Shown here piece after piece: positions 54,966-64,000 of a stretch of DNA of 64,000 nucleotides (position 1 is the first letter of the stretch; the number at the start of each line of letters is the position of its first letter). The stretch lies in the IMG/VR virus record IMGVR_UViG_3300031957_002643, positions 124,001 to 188,000 of that record, one strand, 5' to 3'. The notes beneath the pieces are model-generated. The model was not told the origin of the DNA, did no database searches, and saw nothing but the letters and a program-made list of their open reading frames with translations. Position numbers and translations under genes: made by a program.

Positions 54966-56984
54966 TTACTGGTTTCGACCAAGCATCTCACCGAACAGGG
55001 TCGCGGCATTTTCCGTCGAACCCGATCCCATCAGCAGAACTTCAGGGACATTGATCGATCCCAGAACTTCCGGGTTGTCACGAAGGACACCAAGAACGTC
55101 TTGGACGATTGCACGTTGGAAGTCCAGTTGGAGTTCCAGTTCGCGAAGTTCTTGCACGCGGTCTTCACCCAGAACTCGTGCCTGAGTAAGCTGACCAGCA
55201 GCCAGTTCTTCGAGATAGTTACGGTCAGCCGATGCGCGGCGTGCGCGGGTCTGCTCGTAAACTTCAGCGGCAACCACTTCGGCTTGCTGATCAGCCGTTG
55301 CACGCTGTTGTTCAGTTGCGATACGAGCACGCTGGGCACGTTCTTCCTGAACAAAGGTGGTTTCAAGCTGAGAAGCAACTTGGTTACGTTGCGGTGCGAT
55401 CAGCAGTTCAGGCGGAACTGCCGGATCGCCCATCGTGACTTCCAGAATGGTGAGACCCGAAGTCGTAGAACCATTCATGACCGCGTAGGAGATTTCTGCT
55501 TCGATAGAAGCACGGTTCTGAGAGAAGTCCAGAGCGCGCGTCGGACGATAAGCGTAGGCTTGAGTGCCAGCAGATTGCATCACCGGTTGATCATTCTGAT
55601 CGCGCAGATACGGGTGAGGCATGTCGCGTTCGAACAGAACCGCTTCACACACTTCCGTGCTGCCTTCCATGTGACACATATCGTCAACCGGTGCATAGAT
55701 ACGACCGCCCCCGATATTGCGAACGCGAGAGCGGATCATCGGAGTGATGATACGATCTTCGACTTCGTTCAGATCACCAACAGCAGCCACGATAGCCGGT
55801 GCTTGTTCAGCGGTGACTTGTGCCATGACACGAAGTTCCACCGGAATATCCCAACCTTCGGCAATAACATTGATTGCACGATCAGCGGCATGAGACGGGA
55901 CCGGAACTTGCTGACAAGTACGAGTGCCTTGTTGGATTTCACCTTCCGGGGTCACATCCAGCGGAATACGGCAGCGTTCAAAACCACCATTGTATTCGAA
56001 GCGCTGGGCACGAGTTTCAATCAGCGTGATATCATAGATCAGCGGATTGATCATATAGGAACCCGGAGTCAGCGGACGTTCCCAGACACCCTTGCAACCA
56101 ACCGGTACCAGAGTTGCAGTCAAATCGCCCTGCGAAACTTCACGCACTTGGTTACAGTTGTTGTTCCAACCTTCATCGATGTTCGAACGAACAACACCAA
56201 CGAAACCAGTCGGAATAACGGTGGTCACGGTCGGAGTACGATCCAGACCGGCGATATCACGCGGATCGTCAGTGTATCCATCGGAATTGTAGTAGCCGAC
56301 AAGATTGCCGCCAGCATCCGTGATACGAACATTGAACAGATAAAGGTTGATACGATGCGTACCCGGAAGCAGTGGAGTCGATTGTAGACCCTTGCGACCA
56401 CCGAGTCCACCTTCAGCCAGCGGAGTCAGGAATGCCGTAGCATCGAAAACATTCTGGCCAGTCGTGGCGCGTGTGGGACGTTGTTCATCACCACGAGCCG
56501 GAATAGAACCAGAAATTGCAGTACCCGGAAGCGGCGGTGCAGCGATTGCATCTTCAGAAAGCGGCTGACCATCAACAGCGACCAGCACACCGTAATGGTC
56601 TGCCGGAACCGTGACGACCGGAAGCATTTCGAAATCGCCCCACAGACCCATCAGTGGTTCAACATGGAGTCCGGGTCCCCAGATGTGGGCATTCGGACCT
56701 TGTTGATTGGCCAGAGCGATGATTTGGCCATCGCGCATGGAATTACCGAAATAGGTACGGGTATAATGGCCCGTTTGATCATCAGGAACAACGATGATCG
56801 AGGTTGTCCATGCACCGAGAACGAAAAAGAGAGCACCGGCGACTGTGGTCCCCGCACGAACGGCCCATCGATATGAACCGGCAAAACCACCGAGTGCCAG
56901 ACCGGCAATAGCCAGTACAACACCGAAGGTCATAAGGATAATAGAACCCATTAATTTCTCCATAGGTTGGTGACCCAATGTCAC
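54966..56984 (-). CDS. SPFH/band-7 (flotillin-like) membrane protein
   Basis: Two N-terminal transmembrane helices, repeated G..G......PG.Y..NP motifs, VEDRIITPMIRSRVRN, coiled-coil tail. Confidence 0.8.
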   Translation of the reverse strand: MTLGHQPMEKLMGSIILMTFGVVLAIAGLALGGFAGSYRWAVRAGTTVAGALFFVLGAWTTSIIVVPDDQTGHYTRTYFGNSMRDGQIIALANQQGPNAHIWGPGLHVEPLMGLWGDFEMLPVVTVPADHYGVLVAVDGQPLSEDAIAAPPLPGTAISGSIPARGDEQRPTRATTGQNVFDATAFLTPLAEGGLGGRKGLQSTPLLPGTHRINLYLFNVRITDAGGNLVGYYNSDGYTDDPRDIAGLDRTPTVTTVIPTGFVGVVRSNIDEGWNNNCNQVREVSQGDLTATLVPVGCKGVWERPLTPGSYMINPLIYDITLIETRAQRFEYNGGFERCRIPLDVTPEGEIQQGTRTCQQVPVPSHAADRAINVIAEGWDIPVELRVMAQVTAEQAPAIVAAVGDLNEVEDRIITPMIRSRVRNIGGGRIYAPVDDMCHMEGSTEVCEAVLFERDMPHPYLRDQNDQPVMQSAGTQAYAYRPTRALDFSQNRASIEAEISYAVMNGSTTSGLTILEVTMGDPAVPPELLIAPQRNQVASQLETTFVQEERAQRARIATEQQRATADQQAEVVAAEVYEQTRARRASADRNYLEELAAGQLTQARVLGEDRVQELRELELQLDFQRAIVQDVLGVLRDNPEVLGSINVPEVLLMGSGSTENAATLFGEMLGRNQ

Positions 56985-57091
56985 GTATAGCGGTTATAGA
57001 GGTCAAAACATTTTATGTCAATAAGTTTTTCCGTTTGACAATGATTTAAATCACGTATATAACATAGATCAAATACAGAGGAACGCAATTC

Positions 57092-57400
57092 ATGTCTAAT
57101 ACTGAAATCGCAAATACCATTCTGTCTCAACTTGGCGGTCGCCGGTTTATTGTTATGACCGGTGCAAAGGATTTCGTTGCAATCGACAATGGAATCAAAA
57201 TGACGCTTCCGCGTGGCATGAAAAATAAGGCAAATCGTCTTACCATCACTCTGACCGACATGGACACGTACAATATGGAATTTGGTCGTTATGTCCCGTC
57301 AAGCTTCTCCTACAAGGAGATCAACACGGTCGAAGGGGTGTACTGTGACATGCTCCAAGAAATTTTCACGAACGAAACTGGATTTTACACGAAAATGTAA
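57092..57400 (+). CDS. Hypothetical phage protein
   Basis: ORF with SD and TTGACA promoter at about 57036. Confidence 0.75.
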   Translation: MSNTEIANTILSQLGGRRFIVMTGAKDFVAIDNGIKMTLPRGMKNKANRLTITLTDMDTYNMEFGRYVPSSFSYKEINTVEGVYCDMLQEIFTNETGFYTKM

Positions 57401-57497
57401 TATCTAAGATATGAGGCTTGGGCAACACCTCCTTTCTCAGCTCAAGTTTCATGAATGTCGAAAGCCGCCAGTTAATTCAACTGGCGGCTTTCTTCGT

Positions 57498-57998
57498 TTA
57501 GATCAACACAAAGCCTTTGTATGGCTTTCCGAGGATTTCGCAGGCTTTGTCGAAATCCTCCATCATGATCCCATTCTGAGAACTGGTCTGCACATGATGA
57601 TCTTCAACGCCCTTGACACTGGCATCGTCAATCACACACCAATGCGTGATGTTCTCATGATACTCATCACGAAGCATTTTTAAGTGCTTGTGAATTGCAT
57701 CACCGCGATCATCGCAACCCGGATAAGTCGTGACCCATTCGGGGTACAGGTCTTCAGAGATATCATATCCAACACGCATGAAGCGATCACGAATATGATC
57801 TTCTCCGTATGCACCATGTGTGGAATTGATAACGACCTTACAACCAGTCCATTCACAAATGGTGCGAACTGCATGACAGGCGGACTGGTCGAAGAACTCC
57901 ATGAACGAACCTGCTTCGTGATGCATCTCTGAAGGAAGCCACAACAGATTTCGACCAGTGTTCACAACACCATCGATATCCAAAAACAAAATTTTCAT
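57498..57998 (-). CDS. HAD-family phosphatase (Swiss-army-knife RNA repair HAD type)
   Basis: ILFLDIDGVVN, VINST, CVIDD. Confidence 0.85.
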   Translation of the reverse strand: MKILFLDIDGVVNTGRNLLWLPSEMHHEAGSFMEFFDQSACHAVRTICEWTGCKVVINSTHGAYGEDHIRDRFMRVGYDISEDLYPEWVTTYPGCDDRGDAIHKHLKMLRDEYHENITHWCVIDDASVKGVEDHHVQTSSQNGIMMEDFDKACEILGKPYKGFVLI

Positions 57999-58119
57999 AC
58001 ACATAACTCCATGTAACTCATATTACACGGAAAATATGAATGTGTCAATACTGTTGACAATCAAATTAAAACCTGATATACAGTGTTCATTGTCAAGTTC
58101 ATACATGGAAAGGAACTTT

Positions 58120-58656
58120 ATGAGCAACAATGTTTTTGGTCTCGTCCCCGAACGCAAGACCTACGTCGCAATCGATGGCGTCAATCTTCATGCGGCACTC
58201 CGCAATGAGGAAGGGACTATCGATTTCAAGAAAATGCGGGAAGACTGTGAAATCGAATGTGACTATATCAACTTCGGTTACTTTACCGGCGTTGCTGATG
58301 ATGAAGATGGTCACAATCCGATCAAGCCTCTTATCGACTTCCTGTCGTTCAATGGCTTCGAACTGCACACCAAGCCGCTGAACAAGTTCACCACCAATGA
58401 TGGTCGTACTATCGTCAAGGGCAATACCGATGTCGATCTCGCTGTCAAGGTCATGGAAATGGCATGGAACGGTGCCTGTGAACATCTCGTGCTGTTTTCT
58501 GGAAACAACGAGTTTTCTCCCCTCGTCAAAGCGCTGCGTTCTCGTGGTATTCGAGTCAGTATCGTTTCCGGTGAAGGCGTTGTGGGCGAATCTCTGCGTG
58601 CTTCTGCGAACGAATTCATCAACGTGAAAGAAGTTCTCGCGGACTTCAAACGTTAA
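58120..58656 (+). CDS. NYN/LabA (DUF88) PIN-like domain protein with altered acidic motif
   Basis: IDGVNL, KGNTDVDLA, LFSGNNEF, RSRGIRV. Confidence 0.85.
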   Translation: MSNNVFGLVPERKTYVAIDGVNLHAALRNEEGTIDFKKMREDCEIECDYINFGYFTGVADDEDGHNPIKPLIDFLSFNGFELHTKPLNKFTTNDGRTIVKGNTDVDLAVKVMEMAWNGACEHLVLFSGNNEFSPLVKALRSRGIRVSIVSGEGVVGESLRASANEFINVKEVLADFKR

Positions 58657-58713
58657 TTTGTTCCAACCAAAAATGATAAAAGGGGCGGACTACGACTGTC
58701 CGCCCCTTTTTCT

Positions 58714-58980
58714 TTATACCAATTCGAGACTCAAAATCACATAGTCCCGATCAAGAACCGCACTGGAAAATGCACACGGTGTTGCTCGACCAGTGATGTA
58801 TGTAATCTTTACGCGACATTCCTCACCAGAATATTCTCCTTTGAATGGATCGTACTCCTGAAGGATTAGGACATCTCCTAGCTGAAAGTTTCGATCATCT
58901 TTTCTAAGGTCATGCTTCTTGTCACCAGCCTTGATGGCTTGAAAGAATGAAGTCCAAGATTTTACTGTATGTTCTGTCAT
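58714..58980 (-). CDS. DUF3850 / ASCH-superfamily protein
   Basis: FQAIKAGDKKHDLRKDDRNFQLGDVLILQEY. Confidence 0.85.
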   Translation of the reverse strand: MTEHTVKSWTSFFQAIKAGDKKHDLRKDDRNFQLGDVLILQEYDPFKGEYSGEECRVKITYITGRATPCAFSSAVLDRDYVILSLELV

Positions 58981-59658
58981 TTTTATTTCTCCTAATTTTA
59001 GACATAATTGTACCTCGCTATATCCCGGCCCCAATAATATTTCTCTGATCAACAGATTCTAAAAATATTATTCAGGTTAATAGCGACTTAACCGGGTGTC
59101 ATGGTTTTACGATAAGCGTAGAAATCCCACAGAATGCAGTTTCGGTTGCCAGCCGTCCCGGCCCATGATGTATGGTCACCATGGAAACCCTACTCTTTCC
59201 AGAATAGAAAGAATTGCCGTTCAAAGTTCTGTGTTCTGATCAGGCCTATGACCATCTCTTGCCTGATCCGACCGAGGTTCAATATTCTTTTGAATATCTA
59301 TCCAAATCGCCTACAATATCAACCTTGTTTTCTCCGCAGAGAGGGTGTTACAAGGAACACGTTGGTCGCTCATCAAAAGGGACAGAGACCAATCCGACCT
59401 GAATCGATTCTAGGACATTTCGTAAGTGATTCATTTATCAGTGGAATATTAAATACAGTTGGAGCGCCACCATGAAAAAACCTATAGACCGTAAGATTCA
59501 AAAGCTTATATCCCGATATCAAGACAGAGCAGCCATCGCATTAGGAGATGTTACTATAGAAGAAATCAATAGTAAGAATAATCACACACGTGGGTTTCGG
59601 GTGAATTGGGATCGTGTTTGACATATGGAGATTTTACCCATATAAGTAGATGTACGTT

Positions 59659-59952
59659 GTGGGTGTGGCGAAATGGTAGACGCGACAGACTTATAGTGAT
59701 TGAGTGCTCTCTTAGAAATAGGAGATGTAGAACTGCTCAAATTCGGGGAAACCTGTAAAATGGCAATCCCGAGCCAAGCTTTCCTGAAAAGGATTGAAGG
59801 TGTAGAGACTAGACGGGCAGCATCTAAGTTGGGAAACCAATATGATGAAGGGATAGTCCAGACTACAAACCGTAATGGGCAGCGAAAGCTGTAGTTAGTA
59901 CGAAAATCTGTTTCCTTATGGAGTGGGGGTTCGAGTCCCCCCACCCACACCA
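59659..59952 (+). tRNA. trnL: tRNA-Leu(TAA), interrupted (exons 59659..59692 and 59903..59952)
   Basis: Spliced anticodon arm ACAGA-CTTAAAA-TCTGT; acceptor GTGGGTG/CACCCAC; ACCA. Confidence 0.95.
59693..59902 (+). mobile_element. Group I intron (IC3/trnL-type), 210 nt, no ORF
   Basis: 5' exon ends in U and intron ends in G; core elements AATTCGGGGAAACC, AATCCCGAGC, GTAGAGACTAGA, GAAGGGATAGTCC. Confidence 0.93.
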
Positions 59953-60007
59953 ATTGCAAAATACGAACGCTATATTTTCTAATCAACTATAAGTATACCT
60001 AAAATGG

Positions 60008-60514
60008 GTGTACAATATGGAATTAGAAAATATATTTAAAAGACGTGGTTATACTAAGCAAGAATTTATTACTGCTGTTGAAACTTCATTTAGTAAAAGA
60101 CAGGTCTTACATAAATTAAATCTTGTAGAAGCTGGTGGGAATTATAAAGTATTTGATCGTGCTGTGAAAGAGCTTGGGTTGGATACTTCACATTTTAAAG
60201 GCCAAGGTTATCTTTCAGGCAAAACTCATGATTGGTCCAAAAAGATTCCTATACAAGACATTCTGATTGAAAATTCAACGTATACCTCTTCATTCAATCT
60301 TAAAAATAGGCTATTATCAGAAGGACTTTTAATAGAACAATGTTCCAAATGCGGTATCAGTGATGAATGGCAGGGAGAACATTTATCATTGCATTTGGAA
60401 CACAAGAATGGTATAAACAATGATCACAGGATAGAAAATTTGACACTTCTCTGTCCTAATTGCCATTCACAAACCAAAAGCTACTGTGGTAGGAACAAAG
60501 GCAAATACAAATGA
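60008..60514 (+). CDS. HNH homing endonuclease, paralog of 14625..15098
   Basis: CSKCG, LHLEHKNGINNDHRIENLTLLCPNCHSQT. Confidence 0.9.
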   Translation: MYNMELENIFKRRGYTKQEFITAVETSFSKRQVLHKLNLVEAGGNYKVFDRAVKELGLDTSHFKGQGYLSGKTHDWSKKIPIQDILIENSTYTSSFNLKNRLLSEGLLIEQCSKCGISDEWQGEHLSLHLEHKNGINNDHRIENLTLLCPNCHSQTKSYCGRNKGKYK

Positions 60515-60792
60515 TCGACCTTAAAAAAATTCATGACAATGTTGAGTACCCGTTGGTGAAACTCCGTTGTGGTGGAATCGTTGGCATCCATGAAATTGGA
60601 ACACTAAAAACGAACAATAGCGATCAGGTGACGTATTGTGTCCGCTTCACTGGAAGTGAGGACTGGTATTATTATGATGCGCAAGGTTGTTATTATGAAT
60701 CAAATGGTGAATGCAAATGGGGACCGCCCTTCGATATTGAAGGAATTGTCGAAAATCATGAGGTAGAAGATGAAGGGTCCGAAAGAACTTAA
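60511..60792 (+). CDS. Hypothetical protein
   Basis: Coupled ORF; first of a run of small ORFs extending to 61893. Confidence 0.6.
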   Translation: MIDLKKIHDNVEYPLVKLRCGGIVGIHEIGTLKTNNSDQVTYCVRFTGSEDWYYYDAQGCYYESNGECKWGPPFDIEGIVENHEVEDEGSERT

Positions 60793-61342
60793 AAATTATG
60801 TTTCCAAAATGAGGCGATGGTTCAAGGATAGTGGTCGAAAGAATGGCCACATTCCCAGTTTTGCATGGGATGACCTAACCATCTTCAAATTGGAGAGATG
60901 CAAGAAATGGAAATCCCATAGGAAAAGAAAGCATAAAAGTAATTTTGAGTAGCAATCTTCCACATTCATATGAAATTTCAATTTCATCTCATCCTTCTAT
61001 CTTTTCTATAAAAGGAGAAGAAACGATACATGTCAATGGAATTCAATTTATCGTTGATGAAGGCTGGTATGTCAAAAATGTTGGACCATTTAAAACAAAG
61101 AATGATTCAATAGCTTATTATATGGCGGTTATTTACTGATGGGTGTTTCAACTTTACAAGACAAAGATTGTATGTTAGTTTATATCGGTGATGACTTGAA
61201 AGAATTCATGACGGTTTCAACTTATGCTTCTCTTTATAAGATCGATGCCGAATATGTTCGTGAAGAGCTTCGCAAAAACCATATGATGAAACATGAAGGC
61301 CGATTATTGAAGCCGGGTATCTTTTTCAAATGAGTTAGTACC

Positions 61343-61651
61343 ATGGTTGCTTACAAACCACATCACAGAATTCCAGAATGTTGGAAACCGAGATACGATC
61401 AAACGTATAAAGAGATGCGTCGTGCTGACGAGGGCATCACCATGTTTTCATGTCTTTATTCATTGTTGGCCGGTGGTGGTCGTAGATCGGCATCATGGCT
61501 CAATTCTTCCAAATTGGGTTCCCGCGCTCTCAAGAAAGGGTACATCTATTATACACGTGAAGGTGGCGGGTGGAAATGTAATAGAACAATTGTGCACTTG
61601 ACCGACAAGGGCAGAGATTATGTATTGAATAGATTGAAGAAACTGAAATGA
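61343..61651 (+). CDS. Hypothetical protein, possible winged-helix C-terminus
   Basis: VHLTDKGRDYV. Confidence 0.6.
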   Translation: MVAYKPHHRIPECWKPRYDQTYKEMRRADEGITMFSCLYSLLAGGGRRSASWLNSSKLGSRALKKGYIYYTREGGGWKCNRTIVHLTDKGRDYVLNRLKKLK

Positions 61652-61894
61652 AAATAGGTTGTTCTGGGGGTCTTAATTTTGCACCATTAAAAGAATTGAA
61701 GGAAAGAGGATGTGTTTTGTGCATTCCGCTTGTCAGTGGTAGTTCATTGGCTAATGTTGGGTTTTGGTGTGGCGCGAAATACGATAAAAATAAATATGAA
61801 CAATTTGTATATGGAGATATTGGACTTTTTGAAGTGAGAAGTCATATATTTAATTTGCCATCTTCATACGAAATATGTGTCGCAAGTTTTTAAA

Positions 61895-63019
61895 ATGAAA
61901 ATCGCTGTAACATCAATTGCCAAAAATGAAGAACAATTTGTGGAACGTTGGGCCAGATCAGCAAAAGATGCTGATCTGATCATTTTGATTGATACTGGTT
62001 CTACAGATAATACTGTGGAATGGTTCACCAAGTTCTGTGACCAAAATGGAATTAATGGTGTTTGTCATTCTATTACGATTGATCCATGGCGTTTTGATCA
62101 TGCTAGAAACGCCGGTCAAGCTTTGATCCCTAATGATGTAGATTGGGTGATTGATCTTGATTTGGATGAGGTGTTGGTTGATGGATGGCGGCAAGAATTA
62201 GAAAAATCGATTGAAGAACAGCCACATGCTACACGCTTCAGATATCAGTTTGTGTGGTCATGGAATGATGATGGCACACCAGCAGTTCAATTCAATTCTG
62301 ATAAAATCAGAACTCGAAAGAATTATTTTTGGAAGCATCCAGTACATGAATGTCTATACTTCTGGTCTAATGATGAGCGGCAAATAGAGTCATTTGGAAA
62401 TACAGGGGTCAAGATTTACCATTTCCCTGATGAAACAAAACCGCGAAGTCAGTATATTGATTTGTTGAAGCATGCGGTAACGGAACAACCCAATGATGAT
62501 CGAATGGCTCATTATTATGCTCGCGAATTGTATTTTTATAATCGATTTGTTGAGGCCATGCCTGAGTTCGAACGTCATCTGACGTTGGGTAAATGGGAAC
62601 CTGAGCGTGCCATGAGTATGTGTTATATGGCGCGAATCTATCACGCATGGAAGCAACCCGACAAGGCAATCAAGACTGCACGTTTAGCGGTGGCTGAAAA
62701 TCCGAATGCCCGTGAAACATGGATGACCATGGCTGATGTTTCTCATTTTAATGGCCAGCATATGGATTGCTTCCATGCAGTTGTGCAGGCTTTACGAATA
62801 ACGGAACATCCAATGCTGTATATGAGTGATCCCAAAGCGTGGGGGTCTCATTTATATGATATCGGGTCTGTCAGTGCGTATAGTGTTGGAAATTTAACGG
62901 TTGCCATTGATTGGTGTTCCAAGGCATTATCTTTGGACCCGAATAATGATAGAATCAAGATGAATTTGGAAAAGCTGGAAGGGGAAAAGAATGATCGAAA
63001 TAACCCTGAAGAGAGTTGA
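61895..63019 (+). CDS. Glycosyltransferase family 2 with TPR repeats
   Basis: IAKNEE, IDTGSTD, FDHARN, DLDLDE; helical repeats at the C-terminus. Confidence 0.9.
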   Translation: MKIAVTSIAKNEEQFVERWARSAKDADLIILIDTGSTDNTVEWFTKFCDQNGINGVCHSITIDPWRFDHARNAGQALIPNDVDWVIDLDLDEVLVDGWRQELEKSIEEQPHATRFRYQFVWSWNDDGTPAVQFNSDKIRTRKNYFWKHPVHECLYFWSNDERQIESFGNTGVKIYHFPDETKPRSQYIDLLKHAVTEQPNDDRMAHYYARELYFYNRFVEAMPEFERHLTLGKWEPERAMSMCYMARIYHAWKQPDKAIKTARLAVAENPNARETWMTMADVSHFNGQHMDCFHAVVQALRITEHPMLYMSDPKAWGSHLYDIGSVSAYSVGNLTVAIDWCSKALSLDPNNDRIKMNLEKLEGEKNDRNNPEES

Positions 63020-63253
63020 GCGCGAAATCAACCACCAGATGGATGACAAAGGAATGACTCGTGATGAGGCAAAAGTGTTTGTCACGAAAATGATCGCCAC
63101 AGTTCCACCCGGTCTTATTGAATTTGTCGATGATAGAGACCTCATTATAGAATATTTGGATAATTCTCGCGTCATTCATTGATTGTATCTATGTATCTCA
63201 ACGGATGGGACTATTGACAAGTTGGGTGTCTGGTCCCAAATTTAGAACTTCTG

Positions 63254-63520
63254 ATGAAGCCAAAGGCATGGAGGAGACATATGAGTCTCAAATTGCAATC
63301 CGCAGACACCAACCAAATTGAAGTCATGATCGATGAATTTCGTTCTCTTTCAGAAGAGGCCGGATTGATTGGAATGGTGTCATCGGATGATGGTGGTGTT
63401 AGAAACTATTTGGATGACACCGAAGATGGTCGTCGTCTATCTGCGCAGCTAACTACTGTTCAAACCATGTGCAATGAGGTTGCTACTGCACTGGAAGAGC
63501 AGGTTCAAAAGGCTGAGTAA
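63254..63520 (+). CDS. Hypothetical protein
   Basis: ORF track (true start probably MSLKLQ). Confidence 0.6.
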   Translation: MKPKAWRRHMSLKLQSADTNQIEVMIDEFRSLSEEAGLIGMVSSDDGGVRNYLDDTEDGRRLSAQLTTVQTMCNEVATALEEQVQKAE

Positions 63521-63585
63521 CAAAATAGTTACTTCTGACCCGTTCGACAACTACACTGATCGGTTGCTCATGATAAATATACATC

Positions 63586-63987
63586 ATGAGCAACCGATTT
63601 ATTTCATTAGAGCAGAAGTTCAAAGCTGCCGCACAGTATGTGAAATCATTACATGCTGATCGTCAGGTCGATATTGATTCAAATGGCGAACCTGTTGTTA
63701 TTGGCATTGAAGAGATAGCTGATCAGCCAAATCTAATTCGCGTATTCATTAAGCGAAACAACAAAAAAGAAAATTTTGTCATCAGTAAGCGTGCTCGTAA
63801 GGCAGAGCCGATCAAGAAATCATTTGATTCTGATGATGGGTTTCGTAGAAGCGATTCCCGCCCTGTTGAAAAGAAAAAAGAGCCAGCGACTAATGAAGAA
63901 AAGTCTAATGGTGAAAGAAGTTACCGCGTGAGTAATAGTGAAGACTATGAAGAGTTGATCCGCACATTAATGAGGAATAACGACTAA
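63586..63987 (+). CDS. Hypothetical protein
   Basis: ORF with ATAAATA 6 nt upstream. Confidence 0.7.
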   Translation: MSNRFISLEQKFKAAAQYVKSLHADRQVDIDSNGEPVVIGIEEIADQPNLIRVFIKRNNKKENFVISKRARKAEPIKKSFDSDDGFRRSDSRPVEKKKEPATNEEKSNGERSYRVSNSEDYEELIRTLMRNND

Positions 63988-64000
63988 TGGTTACGAAGCA

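Noticed and set aside
54957-56387. 476-aa plus-strand ORF, and similar long antisense ORFs at 23636, 25133, 36009 and 40316
   Set aside because: Shadow frames of well-supported minus-strand genes
59134-59475. ORFs 59134..59475 and 59214..59402
   Set aside because: No SD, atypical composition and no motif; this region remains unexplained
59582-59986. ORFs overlapping tRNA genes (also 33450, 34106, 34231, 34263, 38305, 38340)
   Set aside because: Chance frames across tRNA or intron sequence

Overview
This is a 64-kb segment of a large T4-superfamily (jumbo-type) myophage genome. The host is probably an alphaproteobacterium, inferred from the permuted two-piece tmRNA with an ANDN..AA tag. Virion genes include small terminase, gp4-like head completion nuclease, three tail-tube-like paralogs, tail sheath, gp15-like terminator, and gp13- and gp14-like neck proteins. 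They are interleaved with many small accessory ORFs and a dense translation/RNA-repair kit: 21 intact tRNAs (tRNA-Leu(UAA) has a group I intron), tmRNA, an RF1-type release factor, peptide deformylase, YqeY, Thg1-like protein, three RNA-ligase-family proteins, HAD and NYN proteins. Four free-standing homing endonucleases sit next to tRNA genes. The most striking signals are: (1) the release-factor gene is interrupted by an in-frame UGA where RF1 proteins usually have Trp (G-W-K); (2) about 2 kb away, a ~950-nt structured non-coding RNA (GOLLD-like by size and context) contains a tRNA-like domain with a UCA anticodon; (3) an anticodon-less tRNA-Leu mimic; (4) several promoter-bounded structured RNAs, including a 6S-like rod and a twin-hairpin sRNA. 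All family assignments come from motif recognition by eye; no database search was run.
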